A DNA stretch of 64,000 bases from Octopus sinensis (GCF_006345805.1 NC_043015.1:28520001-28584000), one strand, 5' to 3'; shown: positions 49,998 through 63,690, numbered from the stretch's first letter. Made by a program: numbers and translations. The notes: generated from the letters alone by a model not told the origin.

Positions 49998-50393
49998 CTA
50001 GCAGTATCGCCCGGCGTTGCTCGGGTTTGTAAGGGAAATAACTATATAAGCATTTTTAGAGATGTAAAGTATAATAGCCATCTCAATATGGCTAACCACA
50101 AAGGGAGGGTGTTACTGTAGCTTTTTATGTTCTGAAATTTAATAATACATTTTTAGAGAGTTACTTCCCTTATATATGCCAAAAATGCATTAAAAATGGG
50201 GAAAATTGATGGTAAATTATTTTTAAAATCGTAGACTCATCGTAGATGCGCGCTATTACCCAGAAGGGCTCGATATGAATCACGACTATAAGATACCCGG
50301 TTTTGGTTAAACTGTACTGCAAAATGTGGGAGTAGTTAGGAATCTAAATCGTAGGAGACAGACAGCACACAACCTCACTTTTATATATAAAGA
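49998..50393 (-). mobile_element. non-autonomous Helitron, 396 bp
   Basis: minus strand A|TCTTTATATATAAAAG ... CCCGAGCAACGCCGGG hairpin ... CTAG|T. Confidence 0.85.
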
Positions 50394-51936
50394 TTCTCTT
50401 AACTCTCTCCTTAAATATCGGATGATGTGAAAATGTTTGCAATTTCGAAAGTTTTAAATGATGTGCCATAGTCAAAGTTTTATTAAACTGAATATATTGG
50501 GTGATACTTTCTCTTGTTCACTCATTCTTATATATGTATACACACAAACGGGTGTATATATATAACGTATACATGTTTACTCTCCCAGACTCTAGGCTTA
50601 TGTGTCTCATTTGCTCTTTTCCTCTACTGGGCATTCCATCCTGCCGCAGTTTTCATCAGATCAACTGATCCCACGGATTTGAGTCTGCTTCATAAGGTTT
50701 TAACTTATGCGGTATCCATTATCCATTTCCATATTACTTTATGTAGAAAGAAAAGGCTTTCTTCTTTTCTCTACAACAATATTTGTGCCATTTAAATTTC
50801 CCTCTCAGCAAAAAGTATTTTTGTGTTGAAAATATATTCTCAAATCATATTTTCTAATAATTTATTTAAGTTGTTAAGATGTATATTATGTCACTTTATC
50901 TATGAGGTCTGATCAAAAATTATCCGGCCTTGTGCTATAAAAAAAAAACTACAACACATATTAATTCAGCATTTAATCCTCTTTGAAGTAGTCCCATTCT
51001 GAAGCTACACAAATGACCCAACATTGTTTCCATTCATGGATGCTTTATGTACCATACACAGTATAAATACATCACAAAATTTCAATTTACTGCAGTATAT
51101 ATCTCCAGATAATATCCTTTAAGAACATGCTGCATATAAAAATACAATATATATTGAAGGCAGATGAAAATTGTTCTAGTTGCAAGTATGCTAGTTTCTA
51201 GCTGCAGCTGGTGAGTGTGTTAGATGTATTTCTGCCTCATCTAAGCAGCTGGTTGCCTATGAGTATATGCTATTGATAGCATCCAACAGGACCTGAATGC
51301 ATCTAGTATCCTCACCAACCAACCAACCAACCACTGCTAGGACAATCTTCATATGCCTGATATAAATAGCATTTTCAAACACAGCATATCATTGTGAGGT
51401 TTTATCTCTGTATGAATACTGTATTGAATCAATGTAATTTTTTAATGAAGATCTAAGACTAAAATACCAGAGACTATCAAGAGGGCTGAAGAAGTTGAAA
51501 TGTCTACATTTGTAACAAAGCTATTAAAAGCCAGTTGCAATTAACACATACATTAAAATGGAATATTTACTGAGATGCTTTATTAATATAAACAGAAATA
51601 AAAACATACAAGCATTGATTTCATTTTATTTAACCAGTAAATAATGTTTACAGGCAACAATAAGTATATTGTTAAAATAATAAACTTGCAAAGAAAGGAT
51701 ACTTTAAAAAGTGTCATATTTTTCTGTCAATATATGGCAAGTACAAATTGATAATATTGATTTAGATTAATGTGGTATTATAATATATCATTGAATAGAT
51801 ATGACCTTGGTTCTACACAGTTACAATTATAATGTCCTAAGTCATTTTACTAAAAACAATTCTAAATAAATTTGCTCAGTTACATTCTCCACATAATACA
51901 ATGTAGTATTCCAAACTTTGACAGGGCAATATCATC

Positions 51937-53100
51937 TTATGTTGTAGGATTTGTTACTTTACCAATGAAATGGATCATTTTAGTTCGGTTGTCAACAATT
52001 AAAAATGTGAATGGGTGATTGACATCAAAATCCAAGGGATTTATAACAAGTCTTCCTTTACATGGCACTAAGCGGGCCTTAGTTGCAGCTGCAGCTTCCG
52101 TTCCTTCTTCATTAACTTCAACAAATGCTTTATGAAACATTTCATTGGCATAAATATTCTTCTCACCACCAGTCATTCCAGATAAATCAGCTTTTAGAGG
52201 ATCAAAAATATCAGAGAGTCCAAGCTTTTTCAAAACTTCACCCAACTGAAAACTACTCTCTAAACGAAATTTTGGCATATGTAATACTAGAAGCATCATT
52301 TTAAATCCTTTTCTATCTATAATATCTTTGAGAAATTGAGCATTAATCTCCTTCTCTAAAGCAGCAAGACCATTGATTTCATTGGGAAGAATTACAAACA
52401 TACTAAATGCTTTCCCTATATAAGGTAACTCAACCACTTTATAGTTGTCGCTTATTTTTGTATTAAAATCTTCAAATTTAAACATAAAATCATGAGATAC
52501 AGTCTTGTCAGAGCTTAAATAAAACTTTCTAGATGATGTTGCTTTTTTTCCGAATGTTTCAGCCCACGTTCCTTTGAAGTATACAGCATTGATAAGAACT
52601 ACAACCGATTGAGGTGTCAAACTTCCACTTGGTAACAGATCAGTAATTTTGTTATTTGTGTTATTCTTTACCCAGTCATTAATAGTAATTCTTGTCTTCT
52701 CAGCATTTGTTATGAAGTCTACATTTTCAATATCTGAAAAGAAATATTTTACCATGTTGTTCTTGTAGTCTTCAGAAATAGGGAATTTTTCATTGGCGCA
52801 CAAACGATTCACTAAATTGGATGTGACAAGTTTATCTGAGTTTTTCAAAAGTGAAAAATATTCTTTAAAAGCCAAAGCTACAGAATCTGGATTAGAAGTT
52901 ATCTTCAAAACATTTTCAAACTGTTTGGCAGAGTTTTGTCTTGCTCCCAAATAAACCATTGATAAAACAGTAGCAACACTGAATGGTGACATGAAGACAT
53001 TTTCATTGGTTCCTGTAGCCACAGCTTGATAAAGACTGTTTGTAAAATAATCAATTGAAGCAGCAAGGTTACCGATGTCTTGTTTCTTTGCTGAGTCCAT
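51937..53100 (-). CDS. serpin copy 7, 387 aa, intact; RCL TKARLVPC|KGR
   Basis: same scaffold; start taken at MDSAKK because the ATG at 53148 lies upstream of the conserved acceptor. Confidence 0.97.
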   Translation of the reverse strand: MDSAKKQDIGNLAASIDYFTNSLYQAVATGTNENVFMSPFSVATVLSMVYLGARQNSAKQFENVLKITSNPDSVALAFKEYFSLLKNSDKLVTSNLVNRLCANEKFPISEDYKNNMVKYFFSDIENVDFITNAEKTRITINDWVKNNTNNKITDLLPSGSLTPQSVVVLINAVYFKGTWAETFGKKATSSRKFYLSSDKTVSHDFMFKFEDFNTKISDNYKVVELPYIGKAFSMFVILPNEINGLAALEKEINAQFLKDIIDRKGFKMMLLVLHMPKFRLESSFQLGEVLKKLGLSDIFDPLKADLSGMTGGEKNIYANEMFHKAFVEVNEEGTEAAAATKARLVPCKGRLVINPLDFDVNHPFTFLIVDNRTKMIHFIGKVTNPTT

Positions 53101-53997
53101 ATTGTATTTGGTAGTGTCTGGAGAATATAGAATATGAAGAGAAAACATATGAAATAAATTCTTGCAAACATTTCAAAATATTTTATTAGACATTACTTCT
53201 GATCAAACTCTAATATTAACTTTTACAGGAACATATTTCTTAACATAACACAGAGTTGATGTGTTTTAAACACTTTTAAAAATAATTAAAAATTTATATA
53301 TACCATTTTTTCTCCAATATTTATCTGATATTTGGCACATATCTTAAAAGTTTCATTTATAAGATGATGTTGGAACTTATCCATGTTTGCATTTCAGAGA
53401 CAAATTTGAATGGAGCAGGTTTAGTTTTCATTTTTTGCATATATGGTAAGATAAGGTATCAAGTATAATGATATACTCCACCTGCTGAGAGCCTGGCCAA
53501 ATATTTACAACAAAATGACATCTTCAAAAAAGGCCTCCATGTGCCTGGAGGTGATGTTGAACTAATTAGTGAGTAAAGGGAACTGGTTCTTTTTTACACT
53601 TTTGGGGTGCAACTTGGGTGCAACACAATTTCCTTTCTTTTTTGTTTCTAGAAAATACCAGTCGGTAACAAAACGCAACTTTAAAAATATATACGATTCT
53701 TTATTCTCTTCTTCACAAATGAAGTACGATGGTATACTGGTATCCCCCTAGTTCAACACAGCAAAGCTGAATTCTAACGTTTGTAAGATTCTTACAATTC
53801 AGCAGCAACAGAACAGGTCAAATCCTAAGCGTCTGGGACAGGAGAATAGGCTGATCACACGTTTAAAAATACATCCTTTCTCTTCTATCGCTGTGTCTCA
53901 AGTCAACGACGCTATTAAGGAACACGATAGAATTCCTTTCCCAGTCTCTAGCGCATGTGCATGAGGAAACTTTCTTATGCCTTTCCAGAAGGTTCCA

Positions 53998-54110
53998 ACC
54001 CCGCACACGCATACTGAAGAAGGATGTACCGCACACACACCCTGAAGAAGGATGTACCGCACACGCACACTGAAGAAGGATGTACCGCACACGCACACTG
54101 AAGAATGACG
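53998..54110. repeat. minisatellite, ~27 bp x4
   Basis: ccgcacacgcacactgaagaaggatgta repeats. Confidence 0.85.
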
Positions 54111-54186
54111 TTGCGTGTGCGCACATTGGAATATGACGTCAGTACAAGTGTACTACCAAGCTAGACCGGATCCTGTAAACATAAAC

Positions 54187-57100
54187 TCAATGGTCAATAT
54201 TTAGTTTGTAGAATGACCGTGTGAAGGAGAGGTGACGAGAATGGCTCCTTTAGTACGCCGCACGGTCAATTACAATAAATAGGAAAAAGGATGAATGAGT
54301 ATGAATGCCAGCAGGAAAAGAGAGACACAACCAGTCGAATGTTGAAGAGAAAGATTTTATTGATAGGTTAACATGTGTGTCTGTGTGTGTGTCATGTATA
54401 CATAATAATAGACAGGCCGTCATGTATACATAATGTGTGTGCAGAAACGTGGATGTATGCGTGTGCGATAAGTACAGAGCATTGAAAGAGTCTATAATAG
54501 GACGTTAGAAGAATGCAATGCAGAGCCAGTTGAGGCACGTGTCATGCGTGAAGCTGTGGCTACTATGCAGAGCCGGTAACTTGGTACAGAAGGTTCTCGC
54601 AGGTTGTATCTGCTGTTAACCATGGTGAAATAATTCATGAACAGTGTTGAGTAGAGGCCATTGATTGGTTAAAATCTGAAAAATTAAACTACGTTAAACT
54701 TACAAATGACAATTTTCTCAAGAAAGCCAAGAGAAAAAATGTTTTATTTTGACACATTCTACCAGTATACGAAGTTTAAAAGTGTTTAGTTAACTAGAAA
54801 TTGTGTTGAAAACTGCCGTTCAAAAGGAAAAGATCCTCCTTTTCTAATTGAAACCATTTTTCTGCAAGGCCTTCCACATGACCATATCATGCCATCCGAC
54901 AAATTTTTTTTGGCTACATCCTTCAAGGAACATTTCTAGAGAATAGTAAGTTGAAGTGTGAGCAGATTATTGATATTTTATATTATTGGGCAAAAGAAGA
55001 TTTAGCAAAGGGAATAGCCCAGGAATGCTGTATATACTGGAGAAATTTTTGCTGTGATATATGTGCAGAATATTATGTTGCACAAAACATTAAGCTCGGA
55101 GGGCCAAACCGAATTGTAGAGATAGATGAAAGCGCGTTTGTTAGAAGAAAATATAATGTTGGCCATCAGGTTAAAATGCAGTGGGTTTTTGGTGCTTTGG
55201 AAAGGGATACTAGAAGATGGTTTTTGGTGGCAGTGGATGATCAGACTGCGGACACTCTTTTAGAAATTATACAAGAGCGTATATAGCCTGGTACAACTGT
55301 AATTTCTGACCTCTGGCGTTCGTATAATACGCTCAATCACCTAGGATATAGGCATTTGACTGTGAATCATTCAATAAATTTTGTTGATCCGGTAACATTT
55401 GCCACAACCAACCACATAGAATGTTTATGGAAGCATGTAAAGAATCGCAACAAAAGAGAAAATGGAACAGCCCGAAATTTACTTCAATCCCATCTCATTG
55501 AATTCATGTGGCGTTATAAATTTAAGGACGAAATCTTTGGAAAGTTATTGGAACAAATTCAACATCTATACCCATGCATTTGAAACGTTACAGAATAGAA
55601 GTATCTACAAAGCATTTGTTTTATATTTCGTTAAATTCTTTCAGTTGAAAATTATATTTTTATATTCTAAATAATTTGCAATTTCAGAAAATATATTAAC
55701 TTTGCGTTTTTTAATTTGATAAATTCTACGGAAACAAACAAGTGACGTCAGATTGAAGTCACACTTTCTTTTACTTTCCTCCTGACAGCTAATTCCGTAG
55801 TGGTGCCTGTAACAGGATGTAGCGCAACTACGTGCTCTTTTGTTTTCTTACACACACGCCGCCTCAATTCAGGTGGGGTAAACATTTAAAATAACATTTT
55901 TTTGTTGATGCTCGTATCCCACCAATGGAGCACGCATGTGGCCCATTGGTATCATCATTAAAGGGGATGAGGAGTAAAAAAAAAAAAATCATAAGTTTTC
56001 CAAACCATTTTTTCATAACAAGATGTTTCCCATCATTTCGAAGGTTGTGGTGAAAAACAATCGCGAAAACCCTGTCAAAAGGGAGAAATTCCAACTTATG
56101 TGGTCTTCTTGATCGGAAGCTCCTCTCCCTGCTCCTTAAAAATTTTTCCCCAAAAAATTTCTTTATAATCTTAATCCATGCCGTTTGAAATGTATTTATA
56201 TAAAATTTCACTAAAAGATATCCATTTTCCTGAAAGTTATGAGGGAAAAAATCGGATTGTGTGAATTTTGCGAAAGTCCTCTCCTCATCCCCGTTTCGTT
56301 TGCGCAAATTTTGTTTTCCAGATTCGTTAACGTTTTTCTTCTTGTTCTGGTGGCCGGGTATTAAACTTGTAGTGTGATGGATGAAGAAGACAACAGAAAA
56401 AGAAGCAACGGGAGAAAGAATAACTAAAGGCCTTACCTTTTCGAAATCAGCGGTCTCTTTCACGAATTCTACACGTCTTATCGCTTTCCCGTCTATGTTG
56501 GAACTGTCCTGCTTGACAAACTCCTGCTGCGCATGCATTCTGCAGTCTTCCGCCCACTTCATCTATCACCAGTGCACCACTTAGCTCATCACATCCTATA
56601 ACACCGACTGCCAACACCACAAAACTAGGTAGTAACCGATTCGCTGGCAGAAAAGTTAGCACGACGGGCGAAATGCTTAGCGGTATTTCCTCAGCGATAC
56701 GTTGTTAGTTCAAATTCCGCCGAGGTCGACTTTGCCTTTCATCCTTTCGGGGTCGATAAATTAAGTACCAGTTACGCACTGGAGTCGATGTAATGGACTG
56801 AATACCTATGTCTGTCCTTGTTTGTCCCCTCTGTGTTTAGCCCCTTGTGGGTAATAAAGAAATAGGTATCCCAGACACTCCTATTAGATTGATACAGAAA
56901 TTTAACCGTTTTCTTATTTTTTAAGGTAGGATATGATTTTAGGAAGATTTGGCTGGTCTATTGACCACGTAGGGTTTTTCTCTTTGACTCATATCTAGAC
57001 TTTGATGTCAGCCAAGCTTTTTAAAGAATGGAAGTTTTCGAAAATGAACACGTTAATAATAAATAATTTCCATTATTTTATTTCATACAAAAACATTCGG

Positions 57101-58094
57101 TTAATGTGAATAACTTGTCTTAATTTATCTTAAAAGACGAAGTAAAAAAAAAAAATCTAATCTGCTACATGGTGAAATTTTGCCGTGATTTGTCTTTCAA
57201 ATAATGCATGACAAAACTATGGAATGTCGTCGATAATGAAGAGACTTTGCGAGGAAAGTTCGAGCGACTTGGCAATGAATGTGAAGTAATTAGTATGTCG
57301 AGTTAGGTTCCTTGCTGATAGAGAGTTAAAATGGGAGAAACTTTTTTGTTTTAAAATTTCTATAGCGCAAAATAGAAGTTAACTGCAGCATAAAGTAGAA
57401 AAGAAGTTCTGCCGACGACCACGTAGACTGCAGTTGACTCCAGAATGTGTACGGTAGACTAATTAACGATCTCGGCGTATAATGTGTGATGAACCAGAAA
57501 TAATAATCTCTCTATATATAAAACTGAGAACGTGTGTCTGTCTGTGTTTCCCTAAAACTTGAGAACTACGTAACCAATTTCATTCGAATTTTACACATGC
57601 CTTACTGAGGGTCCATGTAGTTTCATGGGCAAAAAAATGTTCAACTTCTTGCCTAGGGCGAGCCCATAGCAATATCATATCTTCTCCACTATGATTCCCT
57701 AAAACTTGAGAACTACAAAACCAATTTTATTCAAATGTTACACATGCCTTACTTAGGGTCCATGTAGTTTCATGGGTAAAAAAACGTTCAACTTCTTGCC
57801 TAGAGCGAGACCATAGCAATATCATATCTTCTCCACTATTTCTGTATTACGTGTTAACAATTAAACAAAACATTTCTCTACTTTATGTCAGATACTTTCA
57901 CTTTATTTTACCTTTCGTAAGATAGAAAATGGAAGAAGAAGAAGAAGAAGAAGAAGAAGAAGAAGGAAGAAGAAGAAGAAGAAGAAGGAGAAGAAGAAGG
58001 AGAAGAAAAAGAAGAAGAAAAAGAAAATGGAGAAGAAGAAAAAGAAGAAGGAGAAGGAGAAGGAGAAAAAGAAGAAGGAGAAGAAGCAGATTGC

Positions 58095-58126
<32 letters not shown>

Positions 58127-59623
58127 AGGAGGAGGAAGAAGAGAAGAAGGAGGAGGAGGAGAAGGAGAAGAAGAAAAAGAAGTTGATGATGATGACGACG
58201 ACAGCAATGATGAAGATGATGATGGGTGTAGTGATGACTAGAACCACATTCATTATCTTTGAATGATGGATCGTTAGGGCCATTTGAGCATCAATGTTAT
58301 TGACTCTAACCAGTTTATCTGGAAATTACTGGTATGCCATTATAGAGAATATAATCAGAAGGAGCCTTCACTGTTCCATCACAACTGCTGGAGCTAGAGT
58401 AGGTTTTGACTGGTGATGGTAGGTGCCCCAACAGAATACTGTAAATCCTCGAGTATAATATGCAGAGGATTTTTAGGAGGCTGTACCTCTGAAAATCCTA
58501 AACCTTGTGTATAATACGCACTCCTTCTCTAACTTGAGTCATGAGTAATTAAATCAGCAGCATGTAGTTGAACAAATACTTCTGCACATGCGTAATACAA
58601 TAATGGTGATGTTCTTAACTGTTATATGGGAATGTAAATATGTTTGCAAATTGTTTTTATTACATGTTATTCTGTGTTCTAAATACTTTTATTTTGATAA
58701 ATGTTGCTTACTGCAAGTTATGGATGATTCTTTTATGACTTCATTGCTTTCAGGCTTAGCTTAAGGTATTTTCGTGCCCGACATTACAAAATGTGTCTGA
58801 ATAAGCATTGCCGGACAGCAAATAGAGACTCGGATATTGCTTAGAAAATATTTTTCATTTTTAATCTCGTATAAAGTACGCACTAGGGATTTTGACCACT
58901 AAATTTTTAGGTAAAAAGTGCGGATTATACTTGAGGATTTACGGTATGGTATATTGGTTTCCATAGGGGAAAAGCAAATCCCTAATTTGGGACATGATGT
59001 GCTACATTCTCTAGCTGCATCTGGCCCATAAACATGAGTGTTACTGCCCATAACGCAAAAGAGAGGAAGTTTAACAAATGCATGAGCCTGACTGGCTGCT
59101 GTCTGTTTGTGCAGATTGCCATCAAGACCTTCGGTGTTCTTGGGCCCCTCACTGCTAATTCCTTCCACTAAATTAGGAAAGCAGTGGCCCGTGTGAAAAA
59201 TGAACCCAGCAAAGTGGTATGGCTATTGTAGCGAGCATTGTTGGCCATTCTCTGTGATAATGCTTTTGCAGTTATGTCAGTGGAGTGCAGCTGAACATGC
59301 CATTTGGTCTGGGGTGTAAAACCTCTTACTCCTTCTCACCCCATCTTTTGCTGCTTAATTCTCCCTTTTTCTTTGTTTCCTCGGTGAGGTTACTCTCTCT
59401 TTACTCTTTTACTCTTTTACTTGTTTCAGTCATTTGACTGCAGCCATGCTGGAGCACCGCCTTTAATCAAGTAACTCGACCCCGAGACTTATTCTTTTTG
59501 TAAGACCAGTACTTATTCTATCGGTCTCTTTTGCCGAACCGCTATGTAACGGGGACCTAAACACACCAGCATCGGTTGTCAAGCAATGCTAGGGGGACAA
59601 ACACAGACACACAAACACACACA

Positions 59624-59663
<40 letters not shown>

Positions 59664-62600
59664 CATATATACGACAGGCTTCTTTCAGTTTCCGTCTACC
59701 AAATCCACTCACAAGGCTTTGGTTGGCCCGGGGCTATAGTAGAAGACACTTGTCCAAGTGGCCTCGCAGTGGGACTGAGCCCGGAACCATGTGGTTGGTA
59801 AGCAAGCTACTTACCACACAGCCACTCCTGCGCCTGTTTTGGTTTTTCTTTTCTTTTGCTCATTTTAATCTTTTATATTGTTAATGTTTTTTTCTCTCTT
59901 TTCTTTCAATTCGAATTAAAAAAACAAATTTGAATGAGTTGATGAACAAATATAAGGGAGGCAACTCTTAGCATGCTAATATCCTTTGCGTCAGAAAAAA
60001 ATTTAGTTGTTATTTTTAAGAGTCAATTTAGCCATGGTCAAGCAGACTTATGATTAAAGAGGTTCCAACAGCAATCAACCTTTCTTTTATTTTTTTTAAT
60101 GTTGTGTAAAGACCACGAGCAAATTATTGAATGGTTAAAAAGGTACAATCTTCTTTTCCAAAGACATACATCATCTCGAAAGTGTCCAGAAGCTGGCTAC
60201 CCACATGGTTCTTGGTCTCAAGCATTTGTCTTATGACGAAAGGCTGAAGACGCTCGACCTTTATTCTCTAGAAAAACGCCGCCGCCGTGGTGATCTCATT
60301 CTCGCTCACAACATCATAAGCAGAAAGTGTAACCTCTCGAAAGAGCTGTTCTACACTCCTGCACCAGAGTGTCGGCTGCGGGGTCACTCCGAAAAGCTCT
60401 ATCTGCGACGAATTCATCTCAATCGAAGGAGAGGGGCTTTCTCTGTCCTGGTTGCGGATCCGTGGAATAAGCTGCCGGACGAGATAGTGAAGATTCTGAC
60501 GACCACATATATACGGCAGGCTCCATTCAGTTTCCGTCTACCAAATCCACTCACAAGGCATTGGTCGGCCCGAGGCTATAGCAGAAGACACTTACCCAAG
60601 ATGCCACGCCGTGGGACTGAACCCGGAACCATGTGGTTGGTTAGCAAGCTACTTACCACACAGCCACTCCTGCACCTATACAGACACGTGTGTGTGTGTG
60701 TGTATATACACACGTGTTACACACATGTGTGTAACTTATAAGATTGACTGATTACAGTAATTTATGGCTGCTTTATATTGTTTTAACTTACAAGGCATCC
60801 ATTAACCATTTCTATATTATTTTTTATGTAGAAATAAAAGCCATTCTTCCTTCTCTTCAAAAATATCTATGCCATTTAAACTTTCCTGTCAGCAAAGAGC
60901 ATTTTGGTGCTAAGTTGAAAATACATTCTCAGACCATGTTTTCTATGAATTTATTTTAGTTGTTAAGATGTATATTATGTCACTTTATCTATGAGGTCTG
61001 ATCAAAAAATATCAGAACTTGTGCTATAAAAAGAAAACTATAACACAAATCAATTCAGCATTTAATCGCCTTCAAAGTAATCCTGTTCTAAAGACACACA
61101 CTTTATCCAGTGCCGTTTCCATTAATGGAAGTATTCTTGGAACTTTTTTTTTGGGGGGGGGGGGACAGTGAGCAGTTGCCGCATTGCATTCTCTTAGATT
61201 TCCATGATGTCTTGAAATCTTGTTCAAATGGAATTTGATTTTTGACTTGCTTTTGGAGTCACAGCCAAAAGACCCATGATTTATCACCTCTTATAACTGT
61301 TTTCAAAAGTTTTCGTCTTCCTCAACACAATCAAGGAGATCCTGCACATTTGAAACTTGACCCTTTTTTTTGAGATGACCACACTCTACACACTTTACTT
61401 CCAAGCATTGTTATAAACAACAGAAGTGTGCATGCGGGACAGGGTTCAAGGTGAATTTTCCAAGTGGCTTCATTGTAGATAACTCAGCAACAGCCCAATC
61501 CTTTTTGATCAGACCTTGTATTATAATAATTCTATTCACATTCACAATGCATTCATTATAAGAATGAATATCCCTATAATCACACCAGTATTTGACTGCT
61601 AATCTATTTCATTGATTTTGTAAAGGTAAAAGATATTATTGAACCAATTGTGTATCATACTTAATGTCTGAGACTCCCTTCGGTCACGACACAGACCATG
61701 AGATTGCACCAAGAAAGTTACTCTCCCAGGCACAAGTCCGGGCAAGTTTGCTTATGGAAGACCAGCAGTCACCCATGCATACCAGCCTCCCCTCTCCACA
61801 CCACTGATGTTATCCAAGGGAAAGGCAAAGGGGCCAATACAGCTTGGCACCTGTGACATCGCAACTCATTTCTCCAGCTGAGTGAACTGGAGCAACATGA
61901 AATAAAGTGTCTTGCTCAAGAACACAACACGCAGCCCGGTCCGGCATTTGAACTCACAACCTCACGATTGTAATCTCTACACTCTAACCACTAAGCCATG
62001 CACCTTCACATAATTAATGTAAATACATCACAAAAGATTGATTTACTGCTGTGCATATCTCAAATTATTTTATCTCATAAGAACACGCTGCATTAAAAAA
62101 TACAATATATATATCGAAGGCAGACGAAAATTGTTCTAGTTGCAAAGTGGTAAGTATGCTAGATGCATTTCTGCCTTATTTAAGAAGGTGCATGGCTCAG
62201 TGGTTAGGGCGTCGAGCTTTCGATCGTGAGGTTGTGAGTTCGAATCCCGGACCGGGCTGCGTGTTGTGTTCTTGAGCAAGACACTTAATTTCACGTTGCT
62301 CCAGTTCACTCAGCTGTAGAAATGAGTTGCGACGTCACAGGTGCCAAGCTGTATCGGCGCCTTTGCCTTTCCCTTGGCTATGAGTATGTGCCATTGACAA
62401 TGTAGCAGCACAAGCAGTCAGCGCCATATTGGATGAGATCTCACGGCAGCCATTGCCATCTCCGAGACGGGAGCGAGACCTCACCTGCATCCATTTGCCA
62501 TGCGTAAGATCACAACGAGGCTCGTGATAGAAAACTATATAAAGGGAAAACCCTCTTCAAATCTCTCTTCTTTGGCGCCGCTACACACCAGCGCTTGCTG

Positions 62601-63656
62601 AACACACCACTGGCTGGAGGCAATTTGCACCCGCATTATCGGAGCTTAAGATGGCAGCTGAGAGCAGCACCCTTCATTACCTTTCCTGTAAATAAACCAG
62701 TTGTAAATAGCATTTATAATTGAAGTCTTTTCTCTTCACCTGCTGGAAGCCTGAACTACATAAAGAACAAAAAGATGATGGAAGGAGATGATATTCCTCC
62801 AATATCATAAACCTTGCCTTCCATTATTAAAACAATGTCTAACAGGACATGAACACATTTAGCATTCTCACCAACCACTGCTAGGACAATCTTCATGTGC
62901 CTGATATAAATTGTGTTTTTAAACAAGCATGTCCATATGAGATATTATTTCTGCATGAATACTACAGAAAGTTTGCCTTTTCTGATGTATTTACTTTACA
63001 TATAATATCCAGATGGATATGTATATATATTTAAGTATGCTGTGCATGAGAAGACCTGGCAGGACAAGTGGGACCATAAGCTGTGACCTCTACATGGGAT
63101 GTAGCCAGTCCACTTATGCATATCTTTCCTTCTAGGGACACAAAACTCTGCTTGCGAAGACCTGTTGAGGCAAGTGAAAATCAAAATCGAAATCGATGAA
63201 CATCAATGGAAATTGCAGCTGTGATAACAGTGCCGGTGGTATGTAAGAGAACCATCTGAACGTGGCCGTTGGCAGCGCCGCCCCGACTGCCCTCGTAAAA
63301 AGCACCCACTACACTCACAGAGTGGTTGGCATTAGGAAGGGCTTCTTAACTATACAGCAACACCTGTACCCTAGAAAATTTGACTGCTCCTGGGTGGGCT
63401 TGTACCATTTATTTTTTAGTCTGTTGCCAGCCCCGCCTGGCCCTCGTGCTGGTGGCCGTTTGCCAGTCCTGTCCGACACCTGTGCCGGTGGCACGTAAAA
63501 AGTACCCACTACACTCACGGAGTGGTTGGCGTTAGGAAGGGCATCCAGCCGTAGAAATACTGCCAGACCAGACTGGGCCTGGTGCAGCCTTCTGGCTTCC
63601 CAGACCCTAGTTTGAACCGTCCAACCCATGCTAGCACGGAAAGCGGACGCTAAACA

Positions 63657-63690
<34 letters not shown>

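Noticed and set aside
53101-53148. 16-aa N-terminal extension of copy 7
   Set aside because: Runs through the pyrimidine tract and acceptor; the ATG is absent in other copies; not signal-peptide-like
53998-54110. CRISPR-like short repeats (also the ~147 bp repeats at 37815-38260)
   Set aside because: Contiguous tandem repeats with no unique spacers, no cas genes, eukaryotic context
55864-56562. 232-aa ORF
   Set aside because: Beyond the gtaagg donor it is low-complexity intron-like sequence, disrupted in all paralogous units
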